Source: Pseudomonadota bacterium (lineage in GTDB: Bacteria > Pseudomonadota > Alphaproteobacteria > Caulobacterales > Hyphomonadaceae). From it: a stretch of DNA of 32,000 nt. This document shows, one piece after another, positions 17,840 to 27,393 of the stretch (its first letter is position 1; each line of letters begins with the position of its first letter). Below the pieces are notes generated by a model. The model was not told the DNA's origin and ran no database searches. It worked only from the letters and a program-made list of their open reading frames with translations. Made by a program: the position numbers and the translations under genes. The DNA lies in assembly GCA_039817885.1 (NCBI GenBank), contig JBCBUY010000003.1, positions 8,465-40,464 of the forward strand, written 5' to 3'.

Positions 17840-18913
17840 TCAGCCTTCCTCCATCGCCGCCAAGCGACGGGCTTGATCTTCGGCGATGAGCGCCACGACC
17901 ACATCGTCCAGCTTGTCGCCAGCAATGATCTTATCGAGGGCGTGGAGCGTGAGATTGATACGATGATCCGTCACCCGGTTTTCTGGATAATTGTATGTTC
18001 GCACTTTCTGCGACCGGTCGCCGGAGCCAACTTGTGATTTACGCGCTTCTGCTCGGGCTGAATCCGCCTCCTCGCGCTCTTTCTCATACAGGCGCACTTT
18101 TAACTGCTGCATCGCCTTGTCCCGGTTCACGTGTTGAGACTTTTCAGAACTGGTAGTGACAATACCGGTGGGAATATGCGTGATCCGCACGGCGGAGTCG
18201 GTTTTGTTGACGTGTTGTCCACCAGAGCCTGAGGCTCGATACGTATCAATGCGCAGGTCTTGCTGGCGAACTTCGATCTGAATGTCTGTCGGTGCCGGCA
18301 GCACGGCAACTGTTGCTGCAGACGTGTGGATACGCCCACCGCTCTCCGTCTCTGGTACGCGTTGCACACGGTGCACGCCGCTTTCCCATTTCAAACGACC
18401 GAACGCGCCCTCTCCTTCGACATTGGCGATGATCTCCTTATAGCCCCCAACATCCCCCTCAGTGACGGAGACCAGATCAACCTTCCACCCCTGAAGCTGA
18501 GCATAGCGCTGGTACATGCGATAAAGATCACCGGCAAAGAGCGCGGCTTCGTCACCGCCCGTGCCTGCACGGACCTCAAGAACAATGTTTGCAGCATCAT
18601 CCTGATCCTTGGGCAGAAGCAGCAGCTGCACTTCTTCTTCCAAACTGGGCAAGCGCGCCCGCAGATCGTCTAGTTCTTCGCGCGCGAGCTCTGCCATTTC
18701 AACATCGTCACCGGCGACGAGGGCTTCAGCCTCGACGAGACCCGCCCTTGCATCGGCCAGCTCCCTGGCCTTGTCGGCCACGGATTTGAGCTCGGCATGC
18801 TCTTTGGACAATGCGACGATCTCGTCGGTATCCGTCGCCACACCCATGCGCGCCTCGATTTCTTCGAAGCGATCTATCACCTGGGTCAGTCGAGTTTCGG
18901 ATACTGTTGCCAT
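17840..18913 (-). CDS. prfA: Peptide chain release factor 1
   Basis: GGQ motif ([21 protein letters not shown]) and a PxT recognition loop (RVPETES). 357 aa. Confidence 0.97.
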   Translation of the reverse strand: MATVSETRLTQVIDRFEEIEARMGVATDTDEIVALSKEHAELKSVADKARELADARAGLVEAEALVAGDDVEMAELAREELDDLRARLPSLEEEVQLLLLPKDQDDAANIVLEVRAGTGGDEAALFAGDLYRMYQRYAQLQGWKVDLVSVTEGDVGGYKEIIANVEGEGAFGRLKWESGVHRVQRVPETESGGRIHTSAATVAVLPAPTDIQIEVRQQDLRIDTYRASGSGGQHVNKTDSAVRITHIPTGIVTTSSEKSQHVNRDKAMQQLKVRLYEKEREEADSARAEARKSQVGSGDRSQKVRTYNYPENRVTDHRINLTLHALDKIIAGDKLDDVVVALIAEDQARRLAAMEEG

Positions 18914-18937
18914 GGCTGGGCGTTTAAACCGGTTTTG

Positions 18938-19369
18938 CTAGGAGAGAAACACCCTCATGACTTCTAAGACGGTCATCACCATGAGGACGATCGAGCTCGT
19001 CAGGAAGAGGGCGAAGCGAACCATGACGCGATTAAACGTCGCCTGCACAAGAGAATGGACAACGCGCAGACCTACATATCCCCAGGCCAACATATTCAAG
19101 AGGCTGCTCTGGCCACCGGTGGCCGCTGCAAACAACATCAACGCATAAAAGACCGTTGGTTGCTCCATCAAGTGGTTATAGTTTTCGGCCGGCGAGTTTG
19201 AGCCTTTTGGCAATTTTGCCTTCCAGTCGCCTTTGGTGTCTGCAGCCTCCTGAGGGTCAATTCCAGCTTTCTGCATGGCCGGGATGCGCGTGGCGTACAA
19301 CCAAAGCAGCATCACCATGCTCCAGGCGATCAGGGCAAGAACTGGGCTCAAAAATTCTGTAATCGTCAT
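18938..19369 (-). CDS. MAPEG-family membrane protein
   Basis: 143 aa with four hydrophobic helices. The ENYNHLMEQPTVFYALMLF and GLRVVHSLV segments resemble bacterial MAPEG proteins. GAGGGAG RBS. Confidence 0.7.
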   Translation of the reverse strand: MTITEFLSPVLALIAWSMVMLLWLYATRIPAMQKAGIDPQEAADTKGDWKAKLPKGSNSPAENYNHLMEQPTVFYALMLFAAATGGQSSLLNMLAWGYVGLRVVHSLVQATFNRVMVRFALFLTSSIVLMVMTVLEVMRVFLS

Positions 19370-19427
19370 AAGGCGATACTCCCTCTTTTATCGTGGAGAT
19401 CCGCTTATAGCGCTTTGTCAGAAATTG

Positions 19428-19919
19428 CTAATCGCCGAGAACGTTCACAGACGGCAGACGGTGATAGGCAAACAAACCAAGTATGAAGCCTGGAAGCTCC
19501 AGCAGGGCAATCACCGCTACCTGCAACAGCAGCAAACCCCGAAGTACGCTGGTCGCCATCCAGTCCTGGGGCAAAGCTGTCAATGTCCCCCAAACGCAGG
19601 CCGCTGTCGCTGCAAACCCGCCAAGCGCCATCAGCAAGAATTGCGCTTTGGAGTTCTCGTTCTTGTCGAACCCGAACAGATAGACACTGGCCAATCGCTC
19701 CGGCACGCGGAATTTGGCACCGGCCATGGTTCCGACAATCAGGTGCCCCCATTCATGCAGGAGCCAGGCGCACACGCCAGCCGACAGGCCCAGACCCGCA
19801 CCCGCCATTTCGGCACTTATTCCGTCGCCCGCGCTTAGTTGGCCCGCAAACAGCCACGCTATGATCGTCACGGCCACAATAACGGCATCGCGTGCCGCAA
19901 ATTGACTGAACGCTCGCAT
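19428..19919 (-). CDS. Small polytopic membrane protein with an HExxH motif (putative metalloprotease-like)
   Basis: 163 aa, ATG start with a GAGG RBS, about 5 hydrophobic helices. HEWGH sits at the end of a helix (VCAWLLHEWGHLIVG). Confidence 0.55.
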   Translation of the reverse strand: MRAFSQFAARDAVIVAVTIIAWLFAGQLSAGDGISAEMAGAGLGLSAGVCAWLLHEWGHLIVGTMAGAKFRVPERLASVYLFGFDKNENSKAQFLLMALGGFAATAACVWGTLTALPQDWMATSVLRGLLLLQVAVIALLELPGFILGLFAYHRLPSVNVLGD

Positions 19920-19943
19920 TACTCGCCTCTCAAAGCGGCGCGA

Positions 19944-21242
19944 TTAACGCTCCGCCGTGTTAATTCCCTCTTGTGATGTAAAGCTTGCGTCCAAAAAGGC
20001 TAGGAAAGCATCAATATCAGCGCGGACAATGCCGTGGCCGCCTGGTCGAATATGGAAGGCGATATCAGCCGAAGGGTCAAAATCCTTCAGGCCAGGCTGC
20101 GTCAATCCTGAGCGGTCAAAGGTTCGCCAAGCTGGGCTTGCCCCCTGCGCTGCTCGAAATGCGCCATTGGGGTCGGACCAAACATCTCGGCGACCATTCC
20201 CCAACAGAACCCTGCGGGGGGCGTTGAGCGCGATCAGCATGTGTTGGTCGATGGGGATAGCCTCCTCATTATCGGCATAGGTCGCATAGGTCGGATCAAA
20301 CCAATGGGGATAATTCTTCGTGATCTGTTTTATTGTCTCTCCTGGCTTTTGACGGTTCAGCGACGCGCCGCCTGTTCCAGATTGATGAGAGATCACCAGC
20401 TCGATCCGGTCGTCCCAAGCGCCTGCGATCAAGGCAGATTTGCCATGGCGCGAATGGCCGAACACCGCTGTGCGAGCAGGATCGATACGCGGATCGGCGT
20501 CAAGAATATCGATGGCAGCAAAGTATCCTGCGGCCCAAGCCGCAACAGCTCCCGTGGGCTGACGACCATCACTGCCTGCAGGGAAGCGTTCCAGTGTTGC
20601 ACGGCCCGCCTCTGCCCTGTCAGGTACGATTTCCGCCGCATAGAAATTTGCGAAGGCGTAGCCACGATCGAGATAGTCATCCAGCGGCGCTTTCTGGATG
20701 TAGGACCCGAATATAAATGTCACGAGTCCCATTCCAAAGCCGCCCGGCCCTTCGCCCGTCTCAGGTGGGTTCTCAATGGATGGACCAGGAACAAGGTCAT
20801 ATTGCCGGAAAACTTGCGGATTGCTGCTAAATGTCTGGCCGATAATCAAGGGAACAGGCCCCTTGCTGAGCTTGGGAAACATCACTGCCAAATGAAACCT
20901 GATCGCCGTGTCGCCGCGTCCAATTTCAACAACGTATTCCTCAAGTGTTGCACGATCACCCATGAAGCGATCGTCGATCACTTTTTGTGACACGACATTG
21001 CTTTCAATACCGAGAGGGACAGGTCCAAACACGTGTTCTTCCAAGGCAAGCCGCAGTTCTGGGGCTTGGCCAAGCACCCACTCATCCTGGGACCCGACAT
21101 TAATGGCCGGTTGGGCCATCGGTTTGTTGTCCACTTCGAGGCTCGCATAATTCAGCCCCAGCATTGTGCAACTCGTCGCGACAGCGGCCAGGACACCTAA
21201 AAGTGGAACAAGAATAATTGTTCTTAGAATCTTCGACATCAT
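19944..21242 (-). CDS. Alpha/beta hydrolase, CE15 glucuronoyl-esterase-like, probable lipoprotein or secreted
   Basis: Nucleophile context VFGHSRHGKSALIAGAWD resembles the CE15 GCSRxGK motif. The N-terminal signal ends in VATSC. The track start at 21251 is TTG; ATG 21242 is preferred. Confidence 0.65.
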   Translation of the reverse strand: MMSKILRTIILVPLLGVLAAVATSCTMLGLNYASLEVDNKPMAQPAINVGSQDEWVLGQAPELRLALEEHVFGPVPLGIESNVVSQKVIDDRFMGDRATLEEYVVEIGRGDTAIRFHLAVMFPKLSKGPVPLIIGQTFSSNPQVFRQYDLVPGPSIENPPETGEGPGGFGMGLVTFIFGSYIQKAPLDDYLDRGYAFANFYAAEIVPDRAEAGRATLERFPAGSDGRQPTGAVAAWAAGYFAAIDILDADPRIDPARTAVFGHSRHGKSALIAGAWDDRIELVISHQSGTGGASLNRQKPGETIKQITKNYPHWFDPTYATYADNEEAIPIDQHMLIALNAPRRVLLGNGRRDVWSDPNGAFRAAQGASPAWRTFDRSGLTQPGLKDFDPSADIAFHIRPGGHGIVRADIDAFLAFLDASFTSQEGINTAER

Positions 21243-21659
21243 GCGTCGCAAATAGCGCGCTTATATCGTTTTGTCTCGCATGTTCACGCAATTGTTGGGC
21301 GTCTCACTGCCAAGCAAAGTTGGCCCTGCTTTCATTTTCAGTCGCCAATTTGCAACGACACTAATGACGCTCCTGCTTTGGAAACCTCGATTCAGCCCTA
21401 TGCGCAATATTCAATTATTTAATCCGTATACGGTCTTTAAACTCTTTGTCGTTTGCAAGCCCAATCTCTGAATCTGGGACGCGGTGATCGCTTTGCGAGC
21501 CGTCTCAAAAAAATGTGGTGGAGAGAACACAATCACGCAATCAAATTTGTCTTCAACAAATAGGGGCTTCCATTTCCGTTCACGAACTGTAACGGTTCCT
21601 TTTGTTGATTCGAATCCGAGTATGTGTGCACCGAAAATTATCGAGAGGGAGTTTCCCAA

Positions 21660-22001
21660 ATGAGCAAGCGTGACGAGCTAATCGAAAAGTATACGAAGCA
21701 GATGACCGAGAAAGTCGGCTTGAAAGTCGACAAGGCATTGCTTGAAGGCGTGACCAAAGCCTGCGGTCCAAGCATCTATAACAAAGACTCTTCGCAAGTT
21801 GCAGCGTCTGATGACAAAGAACTGGATCGCATCAAGAAGAACTTCTTGATCAAAAAGCTTGGCTTGAAAGATACACCGAAGCTGGACGAAGGCATTCAGG
21901 AAGTGATTGCAACTTATGGAAAGTCCACACGGCCGAAGTACCGCGCTGTGTTCTACTATTTGCTTGCAAAGCAATTCCGCAAAGCATCAGCTTTCAAATA
22001 A
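21660..22001 (+). CDS. DUF2853 family protein
   Basis: MSKRDELIEKYTKQMTEK...GPSIYNKDSSQVAASDDKELDRIKKNFLIKKLGL...RPKYRAVFYYLLAKQF matches DUF2853 as I recall it. GAGAGGGAG RBS before ATG 21660. Confidence 0.7.
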   Translation: MSKRDELIEKYTKQMTEKVGLKVDKALLEGVTKACGPSIYNKDSSQVAASDDKELDRIKKNFLIKKLGLKDTPKLDEGIQEVIATYGKSTRPKYRAVFYYLLAKQFRKASAFK

Positions 22002-22021
22002 GCTTCTGTACGGATTAAATG

Positions 22022-22056
22022 AAAAAGGCCGGGCATCATATGCTCGGCTTTTTTAT
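22022..22056. terminator. Bidirectional rho-independent terminator between DUF2853 (+) and the M13 peptidase (-)
   Basis: AAAAA, then stem GCCGGGCAT / ATGCTCGGC (9 bp, one G-U) with loop CAT, then TTTTTT. It lies between two convergent stop codons. Confidence 0.65.
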
Positions 22057-22058
22057 TG

Positions 22059-24164
22059 CTACCAGATCCTGACCCGATCCTCGGGCGACAAATACAGATC
22101 GTCGCCCGGCTGGACGTCGAAAGCATCGTACCATTCATCCATATTGCGGACGATGCCATTGACCCGAAGCGCCATCGGGGCGTGGACTTGAGATAAGATC
22201 CGCTTTCGAAGACCCTGCTCTGTTCGTTTGTATCGCCGGGCTTGGGCGCGCCCCAGGAAGAAGCGCTGCGGGCCCGTAAAGCCTTCCAATATCTCCGGCT
22301 CTTCGCCATCGAGGGACAAGAGATATGCGTGATATGCCATTGTTACGCCGGCAAGATCACCGATGTTCTCTCCCAATGTCTGCCGGCCATTTACGTTCAA
22401 GCCAGGCAATGGCTCATACTGGTTGAATTGAGCGACCAGCCGGTCCCCCAAAGCATCGAACGCCGCACGGTCTTCGTCTGTCCACCAATTCTCAAGCCGA
22501 CCATCCGCGCCATATCGCGACCCCTGATCATCAAAGCCGTGGCCAATCTCATGACCAATTACAGTTCCGATCGCACCATAATTCAATGCGGGATCTGCAA
22601 GGGGATCGAACATGGGTGACTGTATGTACCCTGCGGGAATGAACGCCTCATTGCGGGTTCGGCTATAGGACGCATTCACCGTTTGCGGGTTTCGTGTCCA
22701 CTCCCCCTGTTCCACGGGCCGGCCCAGCTTCTGCCGATTGAATGCCCGATCGGCGGCGCGCAAGCGACGCACATTGCCGAAGAGGTCATAAGCGCTGATG
22801 TCTACGTTCTCATAATCACGCCAAACTTCCGGATATCCAATCTGCCCGGACATTGCATTGAGTTTCGCAAGTGCAGCTTGCTTGGTCTCGTCCGTCATCC
22901 AGGTGAGGTTTGAGATACGGTTCCTATAGGCCGCCTTCACATTCTCGAATATCTCCGTCATCTGACGTTTAGAGTCTTCAGCGAAGTATCGCTCAACATA
23001 CAGCTTGCCGATTTCCTGACCGAGACGATTGTCGACAAAACTGATGGCGCGCCATTGCCGCGCTCTCGGAATGGTCTGGCCGTGCAGCGTGCGCCGAAAG
23101 AACCCGAAACTTGGATCAGCGAATTTTCGCGGCATGTAGACCGCATTGGCTGCCACATAGTGGAACAGGAGATAATCTCGCCATTGGCTGACCGGTGTGC
23201 TCTCGAACAGTCTCGCCAATTCCGGGAATGCTGTTTTTTCGCGAACGAGAATGTGTGGTGCATCCGACAGGCCGTCTTCGTCCAGAAGCACCGCCCAGGG
23301 AAAGTCTGGTGCAAACGCGACCAGCTCGCGTTTTGACATCGGATTAAAGGTCAGTTCCGCGTTGCGACGGTCAGCCCGTGTCCAATGCTGTTCAGCAATT
23401 GCCCGCTCAAGCGCGACGACGGCCTCAGCGCGCACTCGGGCGTTCTGTTCTCCCAGAAGCGTCAGGATCGTCTCTATATGGCCGGTATAGTCTGACCGAA
23501 TGGATTCAAGGCGTCGGCTCTGCAGAAGATAATAGGTGCGGTCTGGCAATCCCAGTCGTCCATGGCCAATGCGAAGAACATGTTCCGTCGGGTTTTTTGG
23601 ATCGATCCCGACGCCCGCCTCGAACAGGCTTGCGATACCCAATTCAGGGTCCGCCATGGCGCGCGCAACATCCTCATGGGATTGAACTCGGCGCAAACGA
23701 TCAAGATGTTCTTCAAAGGGGGTAAGCGCAGCAATCTCGATCCGTGCCTCGTCCATAAAGCTCTTATAGAGATCTCTTATGCGCTGCTCTGGTGTGCCCC
23801 GTGCTGCGAAAGACGCATCGATATCTGTAATGATCTCAGCAAGCCGGTCCCGCGTGCGATTTCGCATATCGACGGAAAAGCCTGTCCCAGAACTATCGCT
23901 CGGGATCGTCGCCGAAGCGAGCCAGCCGCCATTTGCGAAGATAAAGAAATCGTCACCGGGGCGGGTCCGCTTATCGAAGGCATCGAGAGGATATCCCCAG
24001 GGCTCGATCAGCGGACCTTCTGGCGCAACATACGTCACCTCGGTTGTCTCAACTGGTTGTGGTCTCTCAGTTGTCTCCCCCCGTCCGCAACTTGCCAGAA
24101 GGATGACAACCGTACAGAGCAGGAGACTACTTGAAGACTTACGCACACCTAAACCCTGCTGCAA
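22059..24164 (-). CDS. M13 family zinc metallopeptidase (PepO-like), lipoprotein
   Basis: VIGHEIGHGFDD, GENIGDLAG, C-terminal ...RVRIW, and a lipobox LLASC. The track start at 24164 is TTG; GTG 24146 (MRKSSSSLLLC...) is an alternative. Confidence 0.92.
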   Translation of the reverse strand: MQQGLGVRKSSSSLLLCTVVILLASCGRGETTERPQPVETTEVTYVAPEGPLIEPWGYPLDAFDKRTRPGDDFFIFANGGWLASATIPSDSSGTGFSVDMRNRTRDRLAEIITDIDASFAARGTPEQRIRDLYKSFMDEARIEIAALTPFEEHLDRLRRVQSHEDVARAMADPELGIASLFEAGVGIDPKNPTEHVLRIGHGRLGLPDRTYYLLQSRRLESIRSDYTGHIETILTLLGEQNARVRAEAVVALERAIAEQHWTRADRRNAELTFNPMSKRELVAFAPDFPWAVLLDEDGLSDAPHILVREKTAFPELARLFESTPVSQWRDYLLFHYVAANAVYMPRKFADPSFGFFRRTLHGQTIPRARQWRAISFVDNRLGQEIGKLYVERYFAEDSKRQMTEIFENVKAAYRNRISNLTWMTDETKQAALAKLNAMSGQIGYPEVWRDYENVDISAYDLFGNVRRLRAADRAFNRQKLGRPVEQGEWTRNPQTVNASYSRTRNEAFIPAGYIQSPMFDPLADPALNYGAIGTVIGHEIGHGFDDQGSRYGADGRLENWWTDEDRAAFDALGDRLVAQFNQYEPLPGLNVNGRQTLGENIGDLAGVTMAYHAYLLSLDGEEPEILEGFTGPQRFFLGRAQARRYKRTEQGLRKRILSQVHAPMALRVNGIVRNMDEWYDAFDVQPGDDLYLSPEDRVRIW

Positions 24165-24245
24165 CCGCGAGATTGTGGCTGACCAAACGCGTGTTGTCTA
24201 AGGTTCCTTCAGAGTATCGGCAAGAGTATTGCCGTTCATGACCAG

Positions 24246-25376
24246 CTAAAAGCCCTGCAGCGTTGCGTAACGATCCCTATGGAAACTCTCGCCGCCATAA
24301 AGCGTTTCCGCCACACGCGCCCGCTTGAGGAATAGGCCCGCATCATGCTCGTCGGTCATGCCGATGCCGCCATGCATTTGCACAGTCTCGTTCGACACAA
24401 GATGCAATGTCTCCCCAGCCCGCGCTTTGGCAAGACTGGCAAGCGCCGGCACGTTATTGCGGCCGGTATCGACAGCAGACAAGGCACCGGCCACGGCAGA
24501 CCGGGTCAGCTCGAGTTCCGTGAACATCAACGCAGCGCGGTGTTGCAGGGCCTGGAAGGATCCAATCAGCTGACCAAACTGTTTCCGAGTCTGGAGATAT
24601 TCGAGCGTCATCTCGAAGGCTGCACTGGCTGAGCCCAGCATTTCAGCGGCCAAGCCAATTCGCGCCCGATCCAGCACGGGCGAGAGAATGTCCCAGCCCT
24701 TGCCCGCCTCGCCGAGATTCGCAACAGCGTTCGCATTCTCAAAAGACAAATGTGCTGCGCCATGGGCGTCCAACGTGTTCAGCGTCTGTACACTCACCCC
24801 GTCTGCATCCCGGGGCACGAGGCAGAGGGTCAGCCCTTCTTCGTCGCCTGGCTTTCCGGCACTGCGGCCAACAACAATGAACATGTCGGCATGTTGGGCA
24901 TCGGGCACATAGCGCTTCGAGCCAGAGATCACCGTCTCACCGCCATCGGTCTTTGCTTCGGTGGCAATATTTGTGGGCGCATGATGGGTGCCCTCTTCCA
25001 GGGCGAGTGCGAACGTCGCCTCACCCATGGCGATCTTGGGCAGCCATTCCCCCGCAAGGTCAGCATCGCCCGAGAGCTGTATGGCGGACGCTGCAATCAG
25101 TGCGGTTTGCAGAAGCGGGGTGACTGCAAGGGTGCGGCCTTGAGCTTCAAGAATCTGTCCGAGCCCCACCAGGCCGAAATGCTCTCCGCCTGGCTCATCG
25201 GGGATGATCACACCGAAGAAGCCGAGCTCGGCAAGCTTCTTGCGCGTCTCGGGATCGACACCGTTCGCGCCGGCATCGCGCAGAGCGCGGAGGTGTGTGG
25301 TCGGCAATTCGTCTCGGGCAAAGGCGAGCGCGGTGTCCCGCAGCATTTGCTGGTCTTCTGTAAGTATGAAGGTCAT
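24246..25376 (-). CDS. Acyl-CoA dehydrogenase family protein (376 aa, probably the non-catalytic partner)
   Basis: ACAD fold pattern throughout (MTFILTEDQQMLRDTA..., ...MHGGIGMTDEHDAGLFLKRA). By-eye alignment places Ala at the IVD-type Glu position (VLDRARIG) and Gly at the MCAD E376 position (LYGGESF). Confidence 0.88.
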   Translation of the reverse strand: MTFILTEDQQMLRDTALAFARDELPTTHLRALRDAGANGVDPETRKKLAELGFFGVIIPDEPGGEHFGLVGLGQILEAQGRTLAVTPLLQTALIAASAIQLSGDADLAGEWLPKIAMGEATFALALEEGTHHAPTNIATEAKTDGGETVISGSKRYVPDAQHADMFIVVGRSAGKPGDEEGLTLCLVPRDADGVSVQTLNTLDAHGAAHLSFENANAVANLGEAGKGWDILSPVLDRARIGLAAEMLGSASAAFEMTLEYLQTRKQFGQLIGSFQALQHRAALMFTELELTRSAVAGALSAVDTGRNNVPALASLAKARAGETLHLVSNETVQMHGGIGMTDEHDAGLFLKRARVAETLYGGESFHRDRYATLQGF

Positions 25377-25380
25377 TGGA

Positions 25381-26601
25381 CTACTGATGCTCCCGGAGGC
25401 CGAGCACGCGCTTGGCGATCACGTTGAGGTTCACCTCAGACGTTCCGCCCTCAATCGAGTTGCCCTTGGCCCGCAGCATAGCCCGGGTGGCCCCCATAGC
25501 ACGTTTATCAAAGCCATCGCCCGACCAGCCAAGACCTTCGGTGCCGAGCGCCTCGACCGTCAGCTCTGTTTTTTCCTGGTTCAGCTTTGCCGCACAATAT
25601 TTCAGGATCGATGTGGTTGCGCCGATATCGTTCCCGGCTTTCGCTTCTTCTGTGCCGCGGCGAACAGTCAGCCCGAACGCCTTGTCGTACATCATATGTT
25701 TTGTGATGCGGGCGCGGAGGTCGCCATCGGACAAGGCACCAGAGCCGTCAGTGCCGAGGTGGTATTTGGCGATGTCGTGTAAGCCCATGGCCCCGGAGCC
25801 CGCACTGGTCGAGCCAAAGCCGCCAGCAGAAATCGACTGCCGTTCAAACTGCAACAGGCGTTTTGCGATGGTCCAGCCTTTGTTCAACTCGCCAACCATC
25901 TGCGCCTTCGGGACTTTCACATCATTGAAGAACGTCTCGCAGAACGGCGATGACCCGGAAATCAGTTTGATGGGGCGCGTCTCTACGCCATCAGTTTCCA
26001 TATCGAAGACGATGAAGCTGATGCCGTTATGTTTCTCGCTTGTGTCCGTGCGGACGAGGCAGAAGATCCAATCGGCATGGTCGGCATAGGAGGTCCAGAC
26101 CTTCTGGCCATTGATCAGATAATGATCGCCCTGGTCTTCACACTTGGTCTGAAGGCCTGCCAGGTCCGACCCAGCGCCTGGTTCGGAATAGCCCTGGCAC
26201 CAGCGGATTTCACCTTTCACGATCTGCGGCAGAAAGCGCTTCTTCTGTTCTTCATTGCCGAACTCGAGAAGCGCCGGGCCAAACATCCAGATCCCGAAGG
26301 AGAAGAGCGGCTCGCGCGCTTTGATGCGCTGCATCTCTTCTTTTAGTATCCGCGCCTCGTCTTTTGAGAGCCCGCCACCGCCATATTCGGCTGGCCATTC
26401 CGGGGCGGTCCACCCCTTCTCGCCCATTCGGGCGAGCCAGAGCTTTGCGTCCGGATTCTTGTATTCCTGGCCCCGGCCACCCCAAATGACATCGGCATCG
26501 CTCGTCATTGGCGTACGCATGGTGTCCGGACAATTCTCTTCGAGCCATGTGCGGGTCTCTGCCCGGAAAGCGTCAAGCTGGGCGGTGTCGCCATAAGCCA
26601 T
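25381..26601 (-). CDS. Acyl-CoA dehydrogenase family protein (406 aa)
   Basis: ACAD pattern (WCQGYSEPGAGSDLAGL, INGQKVWTS, IEGGTSEVNLNVIAKRVLGL). Glu is present at the IVD/LCAD-type helix-G position (LLQFERQS). Its stop is 4 nt from the downstream ACAD start. Confidence 0.9.
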   Translation of the reverse strand: MAYGDTAQLDAFRAETRTWLEENCPDTMRTPMTSDADVIWGGRGQEYKNPDAKLWLARMGEKGWTAPEWPAEYGGGGLSKDEARILKEEMQRIKAREPLFSFGIWMFGPALLEFGNEEQKKRFLPQIVKGEIRWCQGYSEPGAGSDLAGLQTKCEDQGDHYLINGQKVWTSYADHADWIFCLVRTDTSEKHNGISFIVFDMETDGVETRPIKLISGSSPFCETFFNDVKVPKAQMVGELNKGWTIAKRLLQFERQSISAGGFGSTSAGSGAMGLHDIAKYHLGTDGSGALSDGDLRARITKHMMYDKAFGLTVRRGTEEAKAGNDIGATTSILKYCAAKLNQEKTELTVEALGTEGLGWSGDGFDKRAMGATRAMLRAKGNSIEGGTSEVNLNVIAKRVLGLREHQ

Positions 26602-26707
26602 GGTGCAATGTCCTCTGAATGCTGGTTACGATCAAAGCCTACTCCCTTGCCGGGACGAGGCCAAGGCATCACGCAAGGGCAGATGACTGCAGACAGACGA
26701 CGAATGG

Positions 26708-27100
26708 CTATCCTTCGAGCGGGTAAGCAAACTCCTCTCTGTGGATCTTACCGGCCTCATTGACGTAATATGTTGCAACTTCTCGCATTTGTGTTCGCTC
26801 GCCGGTGTTCTTGTCCGTCACATCCATGCTGAAGATCACATTAAAGCGATCATTGCCATGGACGAATGGACCTTCGGCTTGCGAGGAATGCACTTCGTGG
26901 TTTGCAAACCACCATTCGTGCTTGCCCTTTATGGCGTCCAGACCAGGTGCCTCGGCACTGTCCTGGCCCGGCATCGGTACCGCTTCGGCAGAGACAGCGT
27001 CTGTTGCATAGAACTGATCGAGACACTCGGTGTCCCGTCCCTCATTGCAGAGTTCAACGAGCTGTCCGCCGATCTGCATCAATTCCTGTGGTGTCGCCAT
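26708..27100 (-). CDS. SnoaL-like / NTF2-fold protein
   Basis: 130-aa ORF from ATG 27100 with a GGGAGG RBS. Its size and pattern (LDQFYATDAVSAEA..., HEWWFANHEVH, ...EVATYYVNEAGKIHREEF) are typical of SnoaL-like domains. The 229-aa track ORF is over-extended. Confidence 0.65.
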   Translation of the reverse strand: MATPQELMQIGGQLVELCNEGRDTECLDQFYATDAVSAEAVPMPGQDSAEAPGLDAIKGKHEWWFANHEVHSSQAEGPFVHGNDRFNVIFSMDVTDKNTGERTQMREVATYYVNEAGKIHREEFAYPLEG

Positions 27101-27168
27101 ATCCAATCCTCCCATGATCTGATTTCGGAACGGCAATGATATCATGGGCGGGCTGAAATTGCAGTCCT

Positions 27169-27393
27169 TCAAAATCGACTGAAGGGCGATTGTTCGGGCC
27201 CGGTTTCGAGGCCGAGCAGATTCACCGCATTGACGAGAAACAAAAAGAACACGAACCCTGCAAATATCAGGACCAAGCGCCAGGATATTGCCCAAGGACG
27301 CAGATCCTCCTTGGGCAGACCTGCTCGCCAATTGGCGATGACGCACAGTCCGAGGGACACAACAAGGCCGACAATCGTCGCCGTCCATCCCAT
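27169..27393 (-). CDS. Small two-TM membrane protein (74 aa)
   Basis: ATG with a GGAGG RBS 8 nt upstream, starting 16 nt after the GT2 stop. It has two clear hydrophobic helices (TATIVGLVVSLGLCVIA; LVLIFAGFVFFLFLVNAV). Confidence 0.55.
   Translation of the reverse strand: MGWTATIVGLVVSLGLCVIANWRAGLPKEDLRPWAISWRLVLIFAGFVFFLFLVNAVNLLGLETGPEQSPFSRF

Noticed and set aside
18347-18355. RF1 recognition tripeptide reads PET instead of the textbook PAT
   Set aside because: The motif is defined as PxT with a variable middle residue. The GGQ motif and the rest of the protein are normal, and nothing else in the window hints at altered stop-codon usage.
20241-20990. 249-aa plus-strand ORF inside the esterase gene, and 25412-26089 / 25204-25782 inside the ACAD gene
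   Set aside because: These are antisense shadow frames of well-supported genes, with Arg/Cys/Ser-rich compositions and no RBS or motifs.
21609-21617. TTCGAATCC, the consensus tRNA T-loop 9-mer, suggesting a tRNA or a tRNA-fragment attachment site
   Set aside because: The flanking bases do not form a T-stem (GTTGA versus CCGAG), and no acceptor, D or anticodon arms can be drawn on either strand. A single 9-mer match is plausible by chance in 64 kb of two-strand sequence.
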